DNA of 64,000 nt, taken from contig CBDCKW010000009.1 in the NCBI GenBank assembly GCA_965218435.1, positions 1,792,001-1,856,000 on the forward strand, in the 5' to 3' direction. Positions 9,335 to 19,276 of the stretch are shown here, piece by piece; position 1 is the stretch's first letter; every line of letters begins with the position of its first letter. The stretch comes from Truepera sp. Lineage in GTDB: Bacteria; Deinococcota; Deinococci; Deinococcales; Trueperaceae. Position numbers and translations under genes: made by a program. Under the pieces are notes generated by a model. It made no database searches. It saw nothing but the letters and a program-made list of their open reading frames with translations, and had not been told where the DNA came from.

Positions 9335-10397
9335 CGCGCTTAATTTAGAACTTTTAGAGCTGCTTTCACAGCGCGCCAGCCTAGCCGAAGAGATCGGTGA
9401 GCTGCAAACGCAGCTGGGTACGTCGCACTACGACCCGGTGCGCGAAAGCGAGATGCTAGACGCGCTTACGGCGGCGAACCACGGTCCCTTTAGCGACGGC
9501 GTGGTTAAGAGCCTGTTTAAGAGTATCTTTCAGGCTAGTATGCAGCTAGAAGTCGCTTCGGATAAGGTCAAGTATCTGACCTCGAGGCAAACTCATACTG
9601 AAGACACCGTGGTCTACCTGGGCGACGTGCCGATTGGCAGCAACCATTCGCCGGTGCTGATTGCGGGGCCATGTTCGATCGAGTCAGCCGAACAACTGGA
9701 CGCAGTAGCCCACTTTATCTCTGAGCGGGGCGTCAAAGTGATGCGCGGCGGCGCGTTCAAACCGCGTACCGACCCGTATTCGTTTCAGGGCTTAGGTGTC
9801 GAAGGGCTCGAGCTGGGCCGCAAAATCTGTGACCGCTACGGCCTCAAGTTTATCTCTGAAATCATGGACGCGAAAGATTTAGACGCTTTCGTTCACTACG
9901 CCGACATGCTCCAGATCGGCGCACGCAACATGCAGAACTTTACGCTCCTCAAAGCGGTCGGGCGCTCGAGAAAACCGGTTTTGCTCAAGCGGGGATTGTC
10001 CGCTACCATCGAAGAGTGGGTAATGGCCGCAGAATATCTGCTCTATGAAGGTAATGAGAACGTCGTACTTTGTGAACGCGGTATCCGCACCTTTGAGCAG
10101 TACACCCGCAACACACTCGATGTGTCGGCGGTGGCGCTGGCGAAACTCGAGACTCACCTTCCGGTCCTTGTAGACGTGACCCACTCCGGCGGACGCCGCG
10201 ACCTGCTCGTGCCCTTGACCAAAGCAGGTTTGGCAGTTGGGGCGGACGGCATCATGATCGAAGTGCATCCAAACCCGGCGGTTGCTCTATCAGATAACAA
10301 ACAGCAAGTTGATTTTGAGACGTTTGACAAGTACCTGGAAGAAACCGGCTATCATAACAAGCTCTCTGAAAAACGGCTCGAGGTCTACGGCTTCTAG
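9297..10397 (+). CDS. Bifunctional chorismate mutase / DAHP synthase (type I-beta)
   Basis: N-terminal AroQ-like LRTRIDALNLELLELLSQR...DPVRE. IAGPCSIES, GGAFKPRT, QIGARNMQNF, LCERGIRTFE. TTG 9297 follows AAGGTG and overlaps the end of tatC. Confidence 0.93.
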   Translation: MRETIQALRTRIDALNLELLELLSQRASLAEEIGELQTQLGTSHYDPVRESEMLDALTAANHGPFSDGVVKSLFKSIFQASMQLEVASDKVKYLTSRQTHTEDTVVYLGDVPIGSNHSPVLIAGPCSIESAEQLDAVAHFISERGVKVMRGGAFKPRTDPYSFQGLGVEGLELGRKICDRYGLKFISEIMDAKDLDAFVHYADMLQIGARNMQNFTLLKAVGRSRKPVLLKRGLSATIEEWVMAAEYLLYEGNENVVLCERGIRTFEQYTRNTLDVSAVALAKLETHLPVLVDVTHSGGRRDLLVPLTKAGLAVGADGIMIEVHPNPAVALSDNKQQVDFETFDKYLEETGYHNKLSEKRLEVYGF

Positions 10398-10429
10398 CAA
10401 CTGCTCCGGTCAAAGCCTAACAAACTCAG

Positions 10430-10466
10430 AACGCCGAACGGGGTAAAGCTACCGTTCGGCGTTTTT
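10430..10466 (+). terminator. Intrinsic terminator
   Basis: AACGCCGAACGG-N10-CCGTTCGGCGTT followed by TTT. Confidence 0.85.
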
Positions 10467-10589
10467 AATATAGCGATATAAACACTGAGCGCAAATCTCG
10501 CAGGAATCATCGCAGAATGCGCGTGTCAGACTATACTGCATTTACCAAGGGCGTTTCAAACCAGACGATACCTGCTATCGTCGTGCTGT

Positions 10590-11180
10590 TTAGGCAACGG
10601 CTTCCGGAATGGCCTGCTCACGTGCTGCTTTCAGGGTGTTCGTCCACCACGCCAGCTCGTCAAGCATGTCTTTTACACCTGCTTGGAGGTAAGTAAGCGA
10701 CTCGAGGCTTTGCCCACCCTGCCACACCGCCATAAAGTCGCCGCCTTGGATATGAACCCCTTTATGTAGCGGTGCCATCTGCAGCTCGACATGGATCAGG
10801 CGCAACTGCTCGATAGCTCGCGCCGCACCTACCGAACCGTAACCGACGTAAGCGGCGGGCTTTTTGTTCCACTCGGTATAGGCAAAATCGAGCGCATTTT
10901 TGAGCACGCCCGAAATGCTGTGGTTATATTCAGCGGTTACGAAGATATAGCCGTCAAACTCGGCGATCTTTTGCTGCCAGCGGACGCCGACCTCGTTTTG
11001 TGTCGGAACCCAAAGGTTTGAAGCAACTTCGTTAAAAAAAGGTAGCGGAAAGTCGCGGAGGTCAACGATTTCAAACTCGAGGTCACGTCGCTGACTCGCT
11101 TCGTCGTAAAGCCACCGGGCAGGCTTGTCACCGAAGCGGGTATCGCGGTCGGTGCTGATGATAATACCAATTTTGGGCAT
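10590..11180 (-). CDS. NAD(P)H-dependent FMN reductase
   Basis: IIISTDRDTRFG, TAEYNHSISGVLKNALD, YGSVGAARA. Confidence 0.92.
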   Translation of the reverse strand: MPKIGIIISTDRDTRFGDKPARWLYDEASQRRDLEFEIVDLRDFPLPFFNEVASNLWVPTQNEVGVRWQQKIAEFDGYIFVTAEYNHSISGVLKNALDFAYTEWNKKPAAYVGYGSVGAARAIEQLRLIHVELQMAPLHKGVHIQGGDFMAVWQGGQSLESLTYLQAGVKDMLDELAWWTNTLKAAREQAIPEAVA

Positions 11181-11339
11181 AGTTACTCCTAAAACAGTGC
11201 TGAAGCTGCCCTTACAACCAGATTGGGCAACGACCTAAGATATACTTCGCAAAGCACATAGCTAGGTATAGTACAATACATAATGTAGCCTTGCTAGTCA
11301 GATTCTACTCAGCAGCTGCAAACCAACAAGGCTCGAGCT

Positions 11340-11367
11340 AAAAAAGTGGCCCGTTTTGCGGACCACT
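11340..11367 (-). terminator. Probable intrinsic terminator downstream of the aldo/keto reductase
   Basis: A6 tract followed by an imperfect AGTGG.CCG/CGG.CCACT stem. Confidence 0.55.
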
Positions 11368-11385
11368 CGGGGAGACAGTATCGCC

Positions 11386-12276
11386 TTATGCAGCTTTTTG
11401 CTGACGCTCCGACTCTTCTTTGCCCACCTTATCGAGCGCCCGGAAGTCTTCGTCACTCAGCTCTAACGACGCGGCGGCGACGTTTCCTTCTAAGTGTGAA
11501 ACCTTGCTGGTACCGGGAATCGGCAGCATCACCGGGCTGCGTTTTAGCACCCAGGCGAGCGCAACTTGTGACGGCGACGCGTCTAGCTTTTTCGCGATGT
11601 CGTCCAAGACGCTGCCGGGTTGTGCCAAGTTCCCCGAAGCGAGCGGTGCCCACGGGATATACCCGATGCCTTCACCCTCACAAAAGTCTAAAACTTCTTC
11701 GTCCTGACGCGTTACGAGGTTATAGCGGTTTTGCACCGTTACAACGTTGAAATGCTGCTGCGCAGCCCGAATCTGTTCAACATTGACGTTGCTTAACCCG
11801 GCGTGGCGAATCAAGCCTTCTTGTTGCATATCGGCAATCACCGCAAACTGCTCATCAAGTTCGGTTTTAGGGTCAATACGGTGGAGCTGCCAGAGGTCGA
11901 GGGTGTCAGCCCCCAGCCGGCGCAGGCTCATCAAAACACCCTGCCGTAAAAATTCAGGCCGGCCCAAAGGCACCCAGACATTAGGGCCGTTGCGAATGTT
12001 GCCGCCTTTAGTGGCCACGACAAGACCGTCGTAAGGGTGAAGCGCCTCGCAAATCAAGTTTTCGCTCACTTCTGGGCCGTAAGCTTCGGCGGTGTCAATG
12101 AAGTTGACGCCGAGTTCGGGTAGCCGTTTCAGGACGCGAATCGCTTCGTCATGGTCGTCGGGTTCGCCCCAAATCCCTTCACCGGTAATCCGCATTGCCC
12201 CGAATCCCAAACGGTTGACCTCTAAATCGCCGCCCAGCTTAAAGGTGCCGCTTGCTTCTGCATTTGGTGTTGCCAT
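11386..12276 (-). CDS. Aldo/keto reductase
   Basis: [41 protein letters not shown]. Confidence 0.95.
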   Translation of the reverse strand: MATPNAEASGTFKLGGDLEVNRLGFGAMRITGEGIWGEPDDHDEAIRVLKRLPELGVNFIDTAEAYGPEVSENLICEALHPYDGLVVATKGGNIRNGPNVWVPLGRPEFLRQGVLMSLRRLGADTLDLWQLHRIDPKTELDEQFAVIADMQQEGLIRHAGLSNVNVEQIRAAQQHFNVVTVQNRYNLVTRQDEEVLDFCEGEGIGYIPWAPLASGNLAQPGSVLDDIAKKLDASPSQVALAWVLKRSPVMLPIPGTSKVSHLEGNVAAASLELSDEDFRALDKVGKEESERQQKAA

Positions 12277-12469
12277 GTTGACCTCGCTTTCTCCTTAAAA
12301 CTTTACGCTTCTCTTTTTACCGGTGCCTGTAAGGAGGGCAACGGTTTGGGTCTAGCTTTAGCAGAGTGGGTAGCTCGAGCCTCAACAGCTTTTGCGGGGT
12401 TTTGAGAACGCAACTTTATCACGGTTTTCGCCGAATGATTCTGAGAGATAAGCCGTTCCGCCGCGAGAG

Positions 12470-13507
12470 TCAGCGGGGCAGTGATACCTGAAACACTGCC
12501 CCGCCCTCCGGGAGGTTCGTGACCTCGACGCGTCCGCCGTGCAGCTCGACGAGCAGCTTGACAATCGCCAACCCTAAACCGGAGCCTGAAGCACCCGCGT
12601 CCGGACTGTAAAAACGCTCGAAGACCCTCTCCCTGACCTCCTCAGCAATCCCCGAGCCGGTATCCTGGACGCGTAAACTGACACCTTTCTCTTCTGTTTT
12701 TACCGTGACGCTAATGCAGCCCGCCTGGGGTGTAAACTTGAGCGCGTTGTCGAGCAAGTTCGTAACAACCTGACGGAGGCGCGCCGCGTCGCCGTTTAGT
12801 AGCGCCGCTTCTGTACGAACCTCGAGCCTGACCCCTTTGGCCCGAGCGCGCGGTTCAAACCCCGCTACGGCGTCTTTAGTCAAGGCGGCCAGATCGCACG
12901 GCGCAAAGGTGAGCTCGAGCTCTCCCGCGTCTGCTAACGAGAGGTTACGCAAGTCTTCGACCAGCCGCGCGAGCAGGTCGGTCTGCTGCGCGAGCAGACT
13001 GATTTCAGCAGGGTCGAGGGTAAAAACGCCGTCGCGGAGTGCGGCGAGGCGCGCCTGGAGGACGGCGAGCGGGGTACGCAGTTCGTGGGCAATCGCGGCG
13101 GCGGTGGCCTGACGTTCAGTCTCGAGCCGTTCTAACGAGGCCGCCATCGCGTTAAAGTCGTCTAACAAGCGGGTAGCCTCACCGTTTCGCCGGTTCCAAG
13201 GCCATAGCCGCTGCCTGAATGGAAGCTTGGCGCGGGCGCTCAGGTCGCCGCCCGCCACCTGCCGCGCCGCGCTTGAAACTTCGCTTAGTGGCTTTGCCAA
13301 ACGCCACGCGATAAAGGCGGCGAAGAGCACGCTGAGCAAAAGACCACCGAGGTTGCCCCAAATAAGCATCGCGGTTTCGTTCTCGCCGAACCCTCGAAAA
13401 ATGGTTCCGGCAAGCGCGGTGACGGCTTGAGCAAGCTCAAAAGAGATCAGTAGGCCCACAAACGCGCCCATGATGCCTAACCACACGCCGACCCAGATGC
13501 GGTTCAC
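12470..13507 (-). CDS. HAMP-domain sensor histidine kinase (BaeS/AdeS-like)
   Basis: Two TM helices, HAMP, AHELRTPL, NLLDNALKF, DTGSGI, GSGLGL. Confidence 0.93.
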   Translation of the reverse strand: MNRIWVGVWLGIMGAFVGLLISFELAQAVTALAGTIFRGFGENETAMLIWGNLGGLLLSVLFAAFIAWRLAKPLSEVSSAARQVAGGDLSARAKLPFRQRLWPWNRRNGEATRLLDDFNAMAASLERLETERQATAAAIAHELRTPLAVLQARLAALRDGVFTLDPAEISLLAQQTDLLARLVEDLRNLSLADAGELELTFAPCDLAALTKDAVAGFEPRARAKGVRLEVRTEAALLNGDAARLRQVVTNLLDNALKFTPQAGCISVTVKTEEKGVSLRVQDTGSGIAEEVRERVFERFYSPDAGASGSGLGLAIVKLLVELHGGRVEVTNLPEGGAVFQVSLPR

Positions 13508-14220
13508 CGGCCCGCACCGCTATCTACTGACTTGTCCACTAAGCGGTAGCCGACACCGCGCACCGACTCGAGTGGATCAGCCACACCCGCCGCGCCGAGC
13601 TTGCGCCTGACGCTGCCTAGGTGAGCGTCTACCACGCGCCCCAACGCCTCGGATTCGGGTAGACACCGCTCTAAAAGCTCGCTGCGACTAAACACCCGCC
13701 CCGGATGACGGATAAGCAGCTCGAGTAAGCGGTACTCACTTAGGGTCAGCTCGAGGCGCACCCCGGCGGCGGTGACCCGCATCCCGAGCGGATCAAGCTC
13801 GAGTCCCCCCACACAGATGGGTTTCTCTACCTTGACAGGCCGCACGCGGCGTAACACGGCCTTGACGCGCTCAACCACCTCAGCTGGATTAAAAGGCTTG
13901 GCGACGTAATCATCTGCGCCCATCCGCAAGCCCACCAGCCGGTCAACGTCCTCGACGCGGGCCGTCACCATAATCACGGGGGTGTCCCCGGCCTGCCGTA
14001 CCCGCCGCAACACCTCAAACCCGTCTAACTTGGGCAGCATCACATCGAGCAACACGAGGTCGGGTTTGGCCGCGTCAAAGAGGCGTAGGGCGCTCTCCCC
14101 ATCGGCGGCGCGTTCGGTACGAAATCCGTCTCGGCGCAAGTACGCCTCCAACACCTCACTGAGATTCGGTTCATCTTCAACGATGAGAACCAGCGTGGCT
14201 GAGGTCACGGGTAAAGTCAC
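13504..14220 (-). CDS. OmpR-family response regulator (BaeR/AdeR-like)
   Basis: IVEDE, LLDVMLP, GADDYVAKPF, VRGVGYRL. Overlaps the kinase start by 4 nt. Confidence 0.95.
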   Translation of the reverse strand: MTLPVTSATLVLIVEDEPNLSEVLEAYLRRDGFRTERAADGESALRLFDAAKPDLVLLDVMLPKLDGFEVLRRVRQAGDTPVIMVTARVEDVDRLVGLRMGADDYVAKPFNPAEVVERVKAVLRRVRPVKVEKPICVGGLELDPLGMRVTAAGVRLELTLSEYRLLELLIRHPGRVFSRSELLERCLPESEALGRVVDAHLGSVRRKLGAAGVADPLESVRGVGYRLVDKSVDSGAGR

Positions 14221-14364
14221 ACGTCAGTATATAAAACGTGACGTTGACGCTCTGAAGGTAACAGGCATATTCGACAAATCTTCACAAAGTCTGAGCTGAC
14301 TCTGCTTAAGGAGTGCTTAAGCTCTTTTTCAGAAGCTGCTAAAGCCTCGGAAAAGGAGTTTGAC

Positions 14365-15933
14365 ATGTTCGCAAAAAGACCTGTTGCTATCGCCGCCCTT
14401 TGGATGCTCTTTCTAAGTGCATTCTTTACAGGTGCATTCGCCCAACCCTCTTTTAGTACCGCCCAACTCGACACGTTTGTCACCCGCATGATGAAAGACT
14501 ATGACGTTCCCGGCGTTGGGCTTGCAGTTGTCGAAAATGGCAAGGTTGTTTATACGAAAGGCTACGGCGTCCGCGACGTGGCGACGAACGCACCGGTCAC
14601 GCCGGACACAGCGTTTCCCATCGGCTCGGTGAGCAAATCGTTTACGGCGCTCGGCATGATGGTACTGGTCCACGAAGGTCTCGTTGACCTTGACGCGCCG
14701 GTCACAACCTATATCCCCGAGTTCAAATTGTCCGATCCAGAGTCTACGAAAACAGTCACCGTCAGAAACTTGCTGACGCACACGACCGGCCTCGTAAGGA
14801 CCGACGCTTCGACCTTTGATTTGAACGTCACAACCGAAGACATCATCAGAGCTGCGGCGACAACGCCCTTGGTCGGTAAACCTGGCGAAACATTCGTCTA
14901 CAGCAACGTCAACGCGATTCTTGCTGGGGAAGTTATCAGGCGGGTCAGCGGCGAGTCGTGGAAAACCTTTACCCGTGAACGCGTCTTAAAGCCGCTGGGG
15001 ATGGACACGGCAACCCTGACCATCGCGGCACTTAAAAGGCAGTCCAACATCGCTGTGCCGAGTATCCTTAACGTAAGGCGCGGCACCTTGCAGACCACCG
15101 CTTACCTGACCCTAAGAGCCGACGCCCCCGCCGGAGCAGTCAACGCCAGCGCCGCTGATATGGCCCGCTACGTGCAGTTTCAAGTTGGTGACGGCGCGCC
15201 GCTGCTCTCTCAAAAGAACCTCAGTGAGATGCACCGCGGTCAGATTGCGGCCCCAGACTTTAACTTACCGGGCGTCGCCGCCGCGCAAGCGCGGGCGGTA
15301 GCTAAAAACCCCGCAGACGTGCCGCCCTCACTCGTTACCGACGAGCAGTACGGATTTTTCTGGGCAGTTGATGACTTTTCAGGAAAGAAGCTTGTGCAGC
15401 ACGGCGGTACCGTCACGGGGGGCACAGCGAACGTGACCTTGCTGCCTGAAAAGCACTCCGGCGTCGTGATCTTGGCCAACGCAGACGGGGCAAACTTTTT
15501 TATGGAGGCGGTGCGACTGCACGTCGCCGAACTCTTGCTGGGCCGCTCACAGCCTGACGTGAACGCCACGCTTCAAGCACAACTTAGGGCCGTAGGGCAA
15601 GACAACGCCACGCTCCAAGCTGACCGTGAGGCAGCGCACAGCTATCAGCTTAGAGCGGGCGAACTGAGCGCCTTAGCCGGTACCTACAAAAGCCTCGCCG
15701 ACCCTAAGCCCACCCAAGTCGAGGTCGTGAAGAACCGTGAACTCAGGCTCGAGTCCGGGTTTCAAGGTGTCCGTTTCACGACGGCTTTACTGCCTCTGGG
15801 TGGCGGCCGCTTTATGGCAGCTGACGCGCCGCTAACAGGCGCGATTCTTAAGTTTGTAGAGGGTGCCAAAGAGCGCACTATCGAACTCGAGCCCGTCACC
15901 GGCGCAGTCCCCATAGCTGTACTCAACAAGTGA
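14365..15933 (+). CDS. Secreted serine hydrolase, beta-lactamase class C/PBP-like family, with C-terminal extension
   Basis: Signal peptide, GSVSKSF (SxxK), LLTHTTG, YSN, HGG. AAGGAG RBS. Confidence 0.9.
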   Translation: MFAKRPVAIAALWMLFLSAFFTGAFAQPSFSTAQLDTFVTRMMKDYDVPGVGLAVVENGKVVYTKGYGVRDVATNAPVTPDTAFPIGSVSKSFTALGMMVLVHEGLVDLDAPVTTYIPEFKLSDPESTKTVTVRNLLTHTTGLVRTDASTFDLNVTTEDIIRAAATTPLVGKPGETFVYSNVNAILAGEVIRRVSGESWKTFTRERVLKPLGMDTATLTIAALKRQSNIAVPSILNVRRGTLQTTAYLTLRADAPAGAVNASAADMARYVQFQVGDGAPLLSQKNLSEMHRGQIAAPDFNLPGVAAAQARAVAKNPADVPPSLVTDEQYGFFWAVDDFSGKKLVQHGGTVTGGTANVTLLPEKHSGVVILANADGANFFMEAVRLHVAELLLGRSQPDVNATLQAQLRAVGQDNATLQADREAAHSYQLRAGELSALAGTYKSLADPKPTQVEVVKNRELRLESGFQGVRFTTALLPLGGGRFMAADAPLTGAILKFVEGAKERTIELEPVTGAVPIAVLNK

Positions 15934-16383
15934 AGGACGACTGAGCGAGTCTACCGGGGCTGACTTGACCCTTATATTTATGTACGTCAGCTGAAACCGC
16001 GAACGCAGACCTGACGCAGACTTATGGTTGACACCGCCGTAAGTTTGCGTTTTTTGTATCTATTTGCTGCGTCCATTCGCTGGGTCAACCAACGGGTGTC
16101 GGCAGCGTCTCAGCCCGTACAGCCGGGCTGCAAACACTGCTTCGACGTTTAGCACACCTGAGGGCGTGAAGCCGGCACCTCGAGAGACGGAAACAGAGGT
16201 CTCAGTGAGGGTACGCCTCGAGCGTTTGCGGCTATACCTCAAACGGCTAGCCATCAGAGCGTCGGCGCGGTGCAAGGCCCAGAAGGGTTGAAAGCTTCTA
16301 AGCGAATGAAGGTATCGGTAAGCGGATCGCGCTCGTTTCAGCAAAGCGCGACTTTACGGCGGACCTCGGCTAAACTAGAAGAA

Positions 16384-17379
16384 ATGTTCGACAAACTTCT
16401 CAACTTCATCGTCAAGGCAACCAATATCCAGCCGAGCTACACGCCCGAGCACTGTTTGGTTGTGACCCGCACGGTCGGCGGCTGCTCGGTGTGTAAAGAT
16501 ATCTGTCCACACCAGGCCATTACCATTTCTCGGCAGGTTGAGATTGACGAGATTGACTGTACCGGCTGCGGTCTCTGTGTCCAGGCGTGTCCGTCGCAGG
16601 CGCTCGCAAGTAGCACCGCGTTTCAGCCGGGTGCGCCGGTCAAGTGTTCGCAGGTACACGGTTCGGCGCAGAGCGTGCAGTGCTTGACAAGGCTGCAACC
16701 GTCGGACATGTTGCGGCTAGCCGGTCGTAAAGACAAGGTGACGCTCATTAGGAACGACTGTAAGGGCTGCAAAATCGGCGGCGCGGAGGTGCCGGAGCGG
16801 GTAGACGCACTTCTTCAAAAAGCCCAGGCGCTAGCTGAGGTGCGCGGCCGCACGCTGCAGACCGAAGTCTTGCAAGAAGAACGCTACGACACGACAGACA
16901 ACCCCGACGCCCTGAGCCGCCGCGAGCTTTTACGGGGCGGGCTGCGGGGCACGCAGCGGTTTTCCGCCGACCTGCTCGCGCCCCTAGAGATTTTCGGCGA
17001 AACCGAAGCTGAACAAAAGGGTGTGCCGATCGAACTCGAGCGCCACCTCTTAACGATTCGCGCGGCCAAACCGGAAGCCGACACGCACGTTCCGTGGACG
17101 TTGCCGAGAGTTCACGACGGCTGCATCATGTGCCCGGTCTGCACCAACGTCTGCCCGACCGACGCCTTTGCCCGCGAATTAACACCCGTTAAAGACGGCG
17201 GCGGCGGCGTCTTAAAGCTTCACCCCGACCGCTGCAACGGTTGCAACGCCTGCGTGAGTTCGTGTCCGGTCAAGGTCATTACGTTAGACGAACAGGTGAC
17301 GTGGGGTGAACTCTCAGGGGGAACGCAAGAGGTGTATCACAAGTCGGGTAAAGGGGGGCAGGGGTCGGTCTCGAGGTAA
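16384..17379 (+). CDS. Polyferredoxin / multi-4Fe-4S protein
   Basis: Multiple CxxCxxCxxxCP motifs (CTGCGLCVQACP, CIMCPVCTNVCP, CNGCNACVSSCP). TAAACT 7 nt before ATG 16384. Confidence 0.88.
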   Translation: MFDKLLNFIVKATNIQPSYTPEHCLVVTRTVGGCSVCKDICPHQAITISRQVEIDEIDCTGCGLCVQACPSQALASSTAFQPGAPVKCSQVHGSAQSVQCLTRLQPSDMLRLAGRKDKVTLIRNDCKGCKIGGAEVPERVDALLQKAQALAEVRGRTLQTEVLQEERYDTTDNPDALSRRELLRGGLRGTQRFSADLLAPLEIFGETEAEQKGVPIELERHLLTIRAAKPEADTHVPWTLPRVHDGCIMCPVCTNVCPTDAFARELTPVKDGGGGVLKLHPDRCNGCNACVSSCPVKVITLDEQVTWGELSGGTQEVYHKSGKGGQGSVSR

Positions 17380-17490
17380 AGCTTTATGGCCTTTTTTGAT
17401 CTTTTTGACTACGCTGACCATTTCGCAGGCGATAAGAACCTGGTTGCGTCGTCAGGGCTTTCCCTGTTTTACAAGCTGTAACGGTAAACC

Positions 17491-18619
17491 CTAAGTACGG
17501 GACAAATCAAAGGAAAAAGGCTTCCTGAGCGAGAATAGCTGTGTGAAAGAATCTCGTGGAAGCCATTATCAGCATAAGACAAGCCTGAAACAAATACTAG
17601 CGGCAAAGTTGCCTATGAATGGAGCAAGGCTGACATGCCTGAGCACGTTGCTACTCGTACTGATTCAAGAGAAGACGGTCAACCTAGTAAGTCTGAGCTT
17701 AGCATTTCAGGGTAGAGCGGAGCCAGAATCAGCGTACCGTCGCATCAAGCGATTTTTTACAGAAGTACGCTTAGACAAGGTGAAAGTTGCTCAGTTTATC
17801 CTCAACTTGCTACCACCACCGCCTTACACCGTCTGCGTTGACCGCACGAACTGGCAGTTTGGCAGCCTCGACATCAACATTCTAGTGATTGCCATAGCCC
17901 ATAGAGGTGTTGCTTTTCCTATCGTATGGTCGTTTCTGAATAAAGGTGGAAATTCATCTAGTGAAGAACGTATCAGCCTGCTCCAATGTTTTTTCGAGCT
18001 TATAGCCTCCAAAGACGTAGCGTTTTTCTTGGCTGATAGGGAGTTTATCGGAGTAACCTGGATTAACTATCTGGATAAACGCCAGGTTCCTTTTGCCATT
18101 CGTATCCGTAAAGACAGCCTATGTGACAACTGGTGTCCCGTTCGTGCGCTTTTCGCCCACTTAGCTATAGGCGAACTCAAGGTTCTAAACAATAGCTATG
18201 GCTTTTACGGCTGTAACTTGCGTGCCGCTGGTATGAAGCTCTCTGGTAGCGATTACCTCATAGTTGTCACCAACCGTGCGCCTGCTCAAGCCTTTGTGGT
18301 TTACAAGCGTAGGTGGGAGATCGAAATGCTTTTTTCCGCCTTGAAAACAACCGGCTTTGAGCTTGAAGCTAGCCACCTTACTCGGCTTTATAAACTCGAT
18401 ACCCTTTTTACCCTCTTGGCTCTGGCTTTTACCTGGGCGCATCATGTAGGTGAATGGCTCCACGACAGCAAACGAAAGCTTCTGCGTATCAAGTCTCACC
18501 TACGCAGAGAAAAGTCTTTCTTCCGTCACAGTCTTGACTATCTCAGGCATCTGCTTAAGAATCTACACCTCAAGCATGACGACCTGCTTCTCTGTATTCA
18601 CTTTTTGTCCCGTACTTAG
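17491..18619 (+). mobile_element. IS4-family insertion sequence, 1129 bp, intact
   Basis: Perfect 16-bp TIRs CTAAGTACGGGACAAA (17491-17506 and 18604-18619). 9-bp TSD CGGTAAACC (17482-17490 and 18620-18628). Confidence 0.95.
17543..18619 (+). CDS. IS4-family DDE transposase
   Basis: VDRTNW, LADREF and the Y-2-R-3-E-6-K signature YKRRWEIEMLFSALK. The stop codon is the last 3 nt of the right TIR. Confidence 0.95.
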   Translation: MKESRGSHYQHKTSLKQILAAKLPMNGARLTCLSTLLLVLIQEKTVNLVSLSLAFQGRAEPESAYRRIKRFFTEVRLDKVKVAQFILNLLPPPPYTVCVDRTNWQFGSLDINILVIAIAHRGVAFPIVWSFLNKGGNSSSEERISLLQCFFELIASKDVAFFLADREFIGVTWINYLDKRQVPFAIRIRKDSLCDNWCPVRALFAHLAIGELKVLNNSYGFYGCNLRAAGMKLSGSDYLIVVTNRAPAQAFVVYKRRWEIEMLFSALKTTGFELEASHLTRLYKLDTLFTLLALAFTWAHHVGEWLHDSKRKLLRIKSHLRREKSFFRHSLDYLRHLLKNLHLKHDDLLLCIHFLSRT

Positions 18620-18709
18620 CGGTAAACCTAACAAGCCTGCTGTCACTTGGTTTAAGGCGGCGTTAACGAGGGAGCTTTACAAAAAAAGCAAAACGCGTAA
18701 ACTAAGCCT

Positions 18710-18946
18710 ATGAACGTTGACGACTGGGTTTTAGAAGCGGTGCGCCCCAACGCCCGTGGCGCAACTTTGCGTGAGGTGCAGCGTTACATTGACGAGCACC
18801 AGCACGAAGAGTTATCGGTCAAAGTCATCGGGGACGCGCTCGACAAACTCGTAGAGCGCGAACAGCTCACGCTCAGCAGCGAACGCTACTTCGCCGTACA
18901 AAAAACTAACAAAGAAGACGCGCTTAAAAAACTCTTCGGTGAATAA
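18710..18946 (+). CDS. Small hypothetical protein (possible winged helix)
   Basis: 78-aa ORF with TAAACT 6 nt upstream of ATG (leaderless pattern). Confidence 0.7.
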   Translation: MNVDDWVLEAVRPNARGATLREVQRYIDEHQHEELSVKVIGDALDKLVEREQLTLSSERYFAVQKTNKEDALKKLFGE

Positions 18947-18949
18947 CAC

Positions 18950-19276
18950 CTAAAATGGATAACGCACCGCCAGCTCACCGAGAAAAAAGATAGCGAGCGC
19001 GGCGAGGGCGCGAAAAAGGTGGTTACGCCAGACCACCCGGCCGATCACGATCTCGGCGTTGAGATAAGACGACACCGACGCCATCATCAGCCCGGTGGCC
19101 AAGATGATACGGGTGTAAGGGATGCTCGAGATAAACGCGGCGGCGGCAACGACCAAAACGACCGCTGAAAGCATAAACATGCCGGCCACCCACGGTTTAC
19201 GGCGACTGACCAGCCACGCGCCGAACGCGTTGACGAGCGCGTACGCCGCCGCTGCCAAAAACGCCACCACGGGCAC
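18950..19276 (-). CDS. Hypothetical membrane protein (about 4 TM)
   Basis: Hydrophobic ORF coupled to the upstream gene at 19276. Confidence 0.75.
   Translation of the reverse strand: MPVVAFLAAAAYALVNAFGAWLVSRRKPWVAGMFMLSAVVLVVAAAAFISSIPYTRIILATGLMMASVSSYLNAEIVIGRVVWRNHLFRALAALAIFFLGELAVRYPF

Noticed and set aside
14365..15933. A true beta-lactam resistance gene
   Set aside because: SxxK and YxN are shared by many esterases and peptidases of this fold, and the third motif is HGG rather than KTG.
16060..16383. Short ORFs 16060-16344 and 16064-16291, and the 16270 start of the polyferredoxin
   Set aside because: No recognisable motifs or RBS. The -10 box before ATG 16384 gives a better start.
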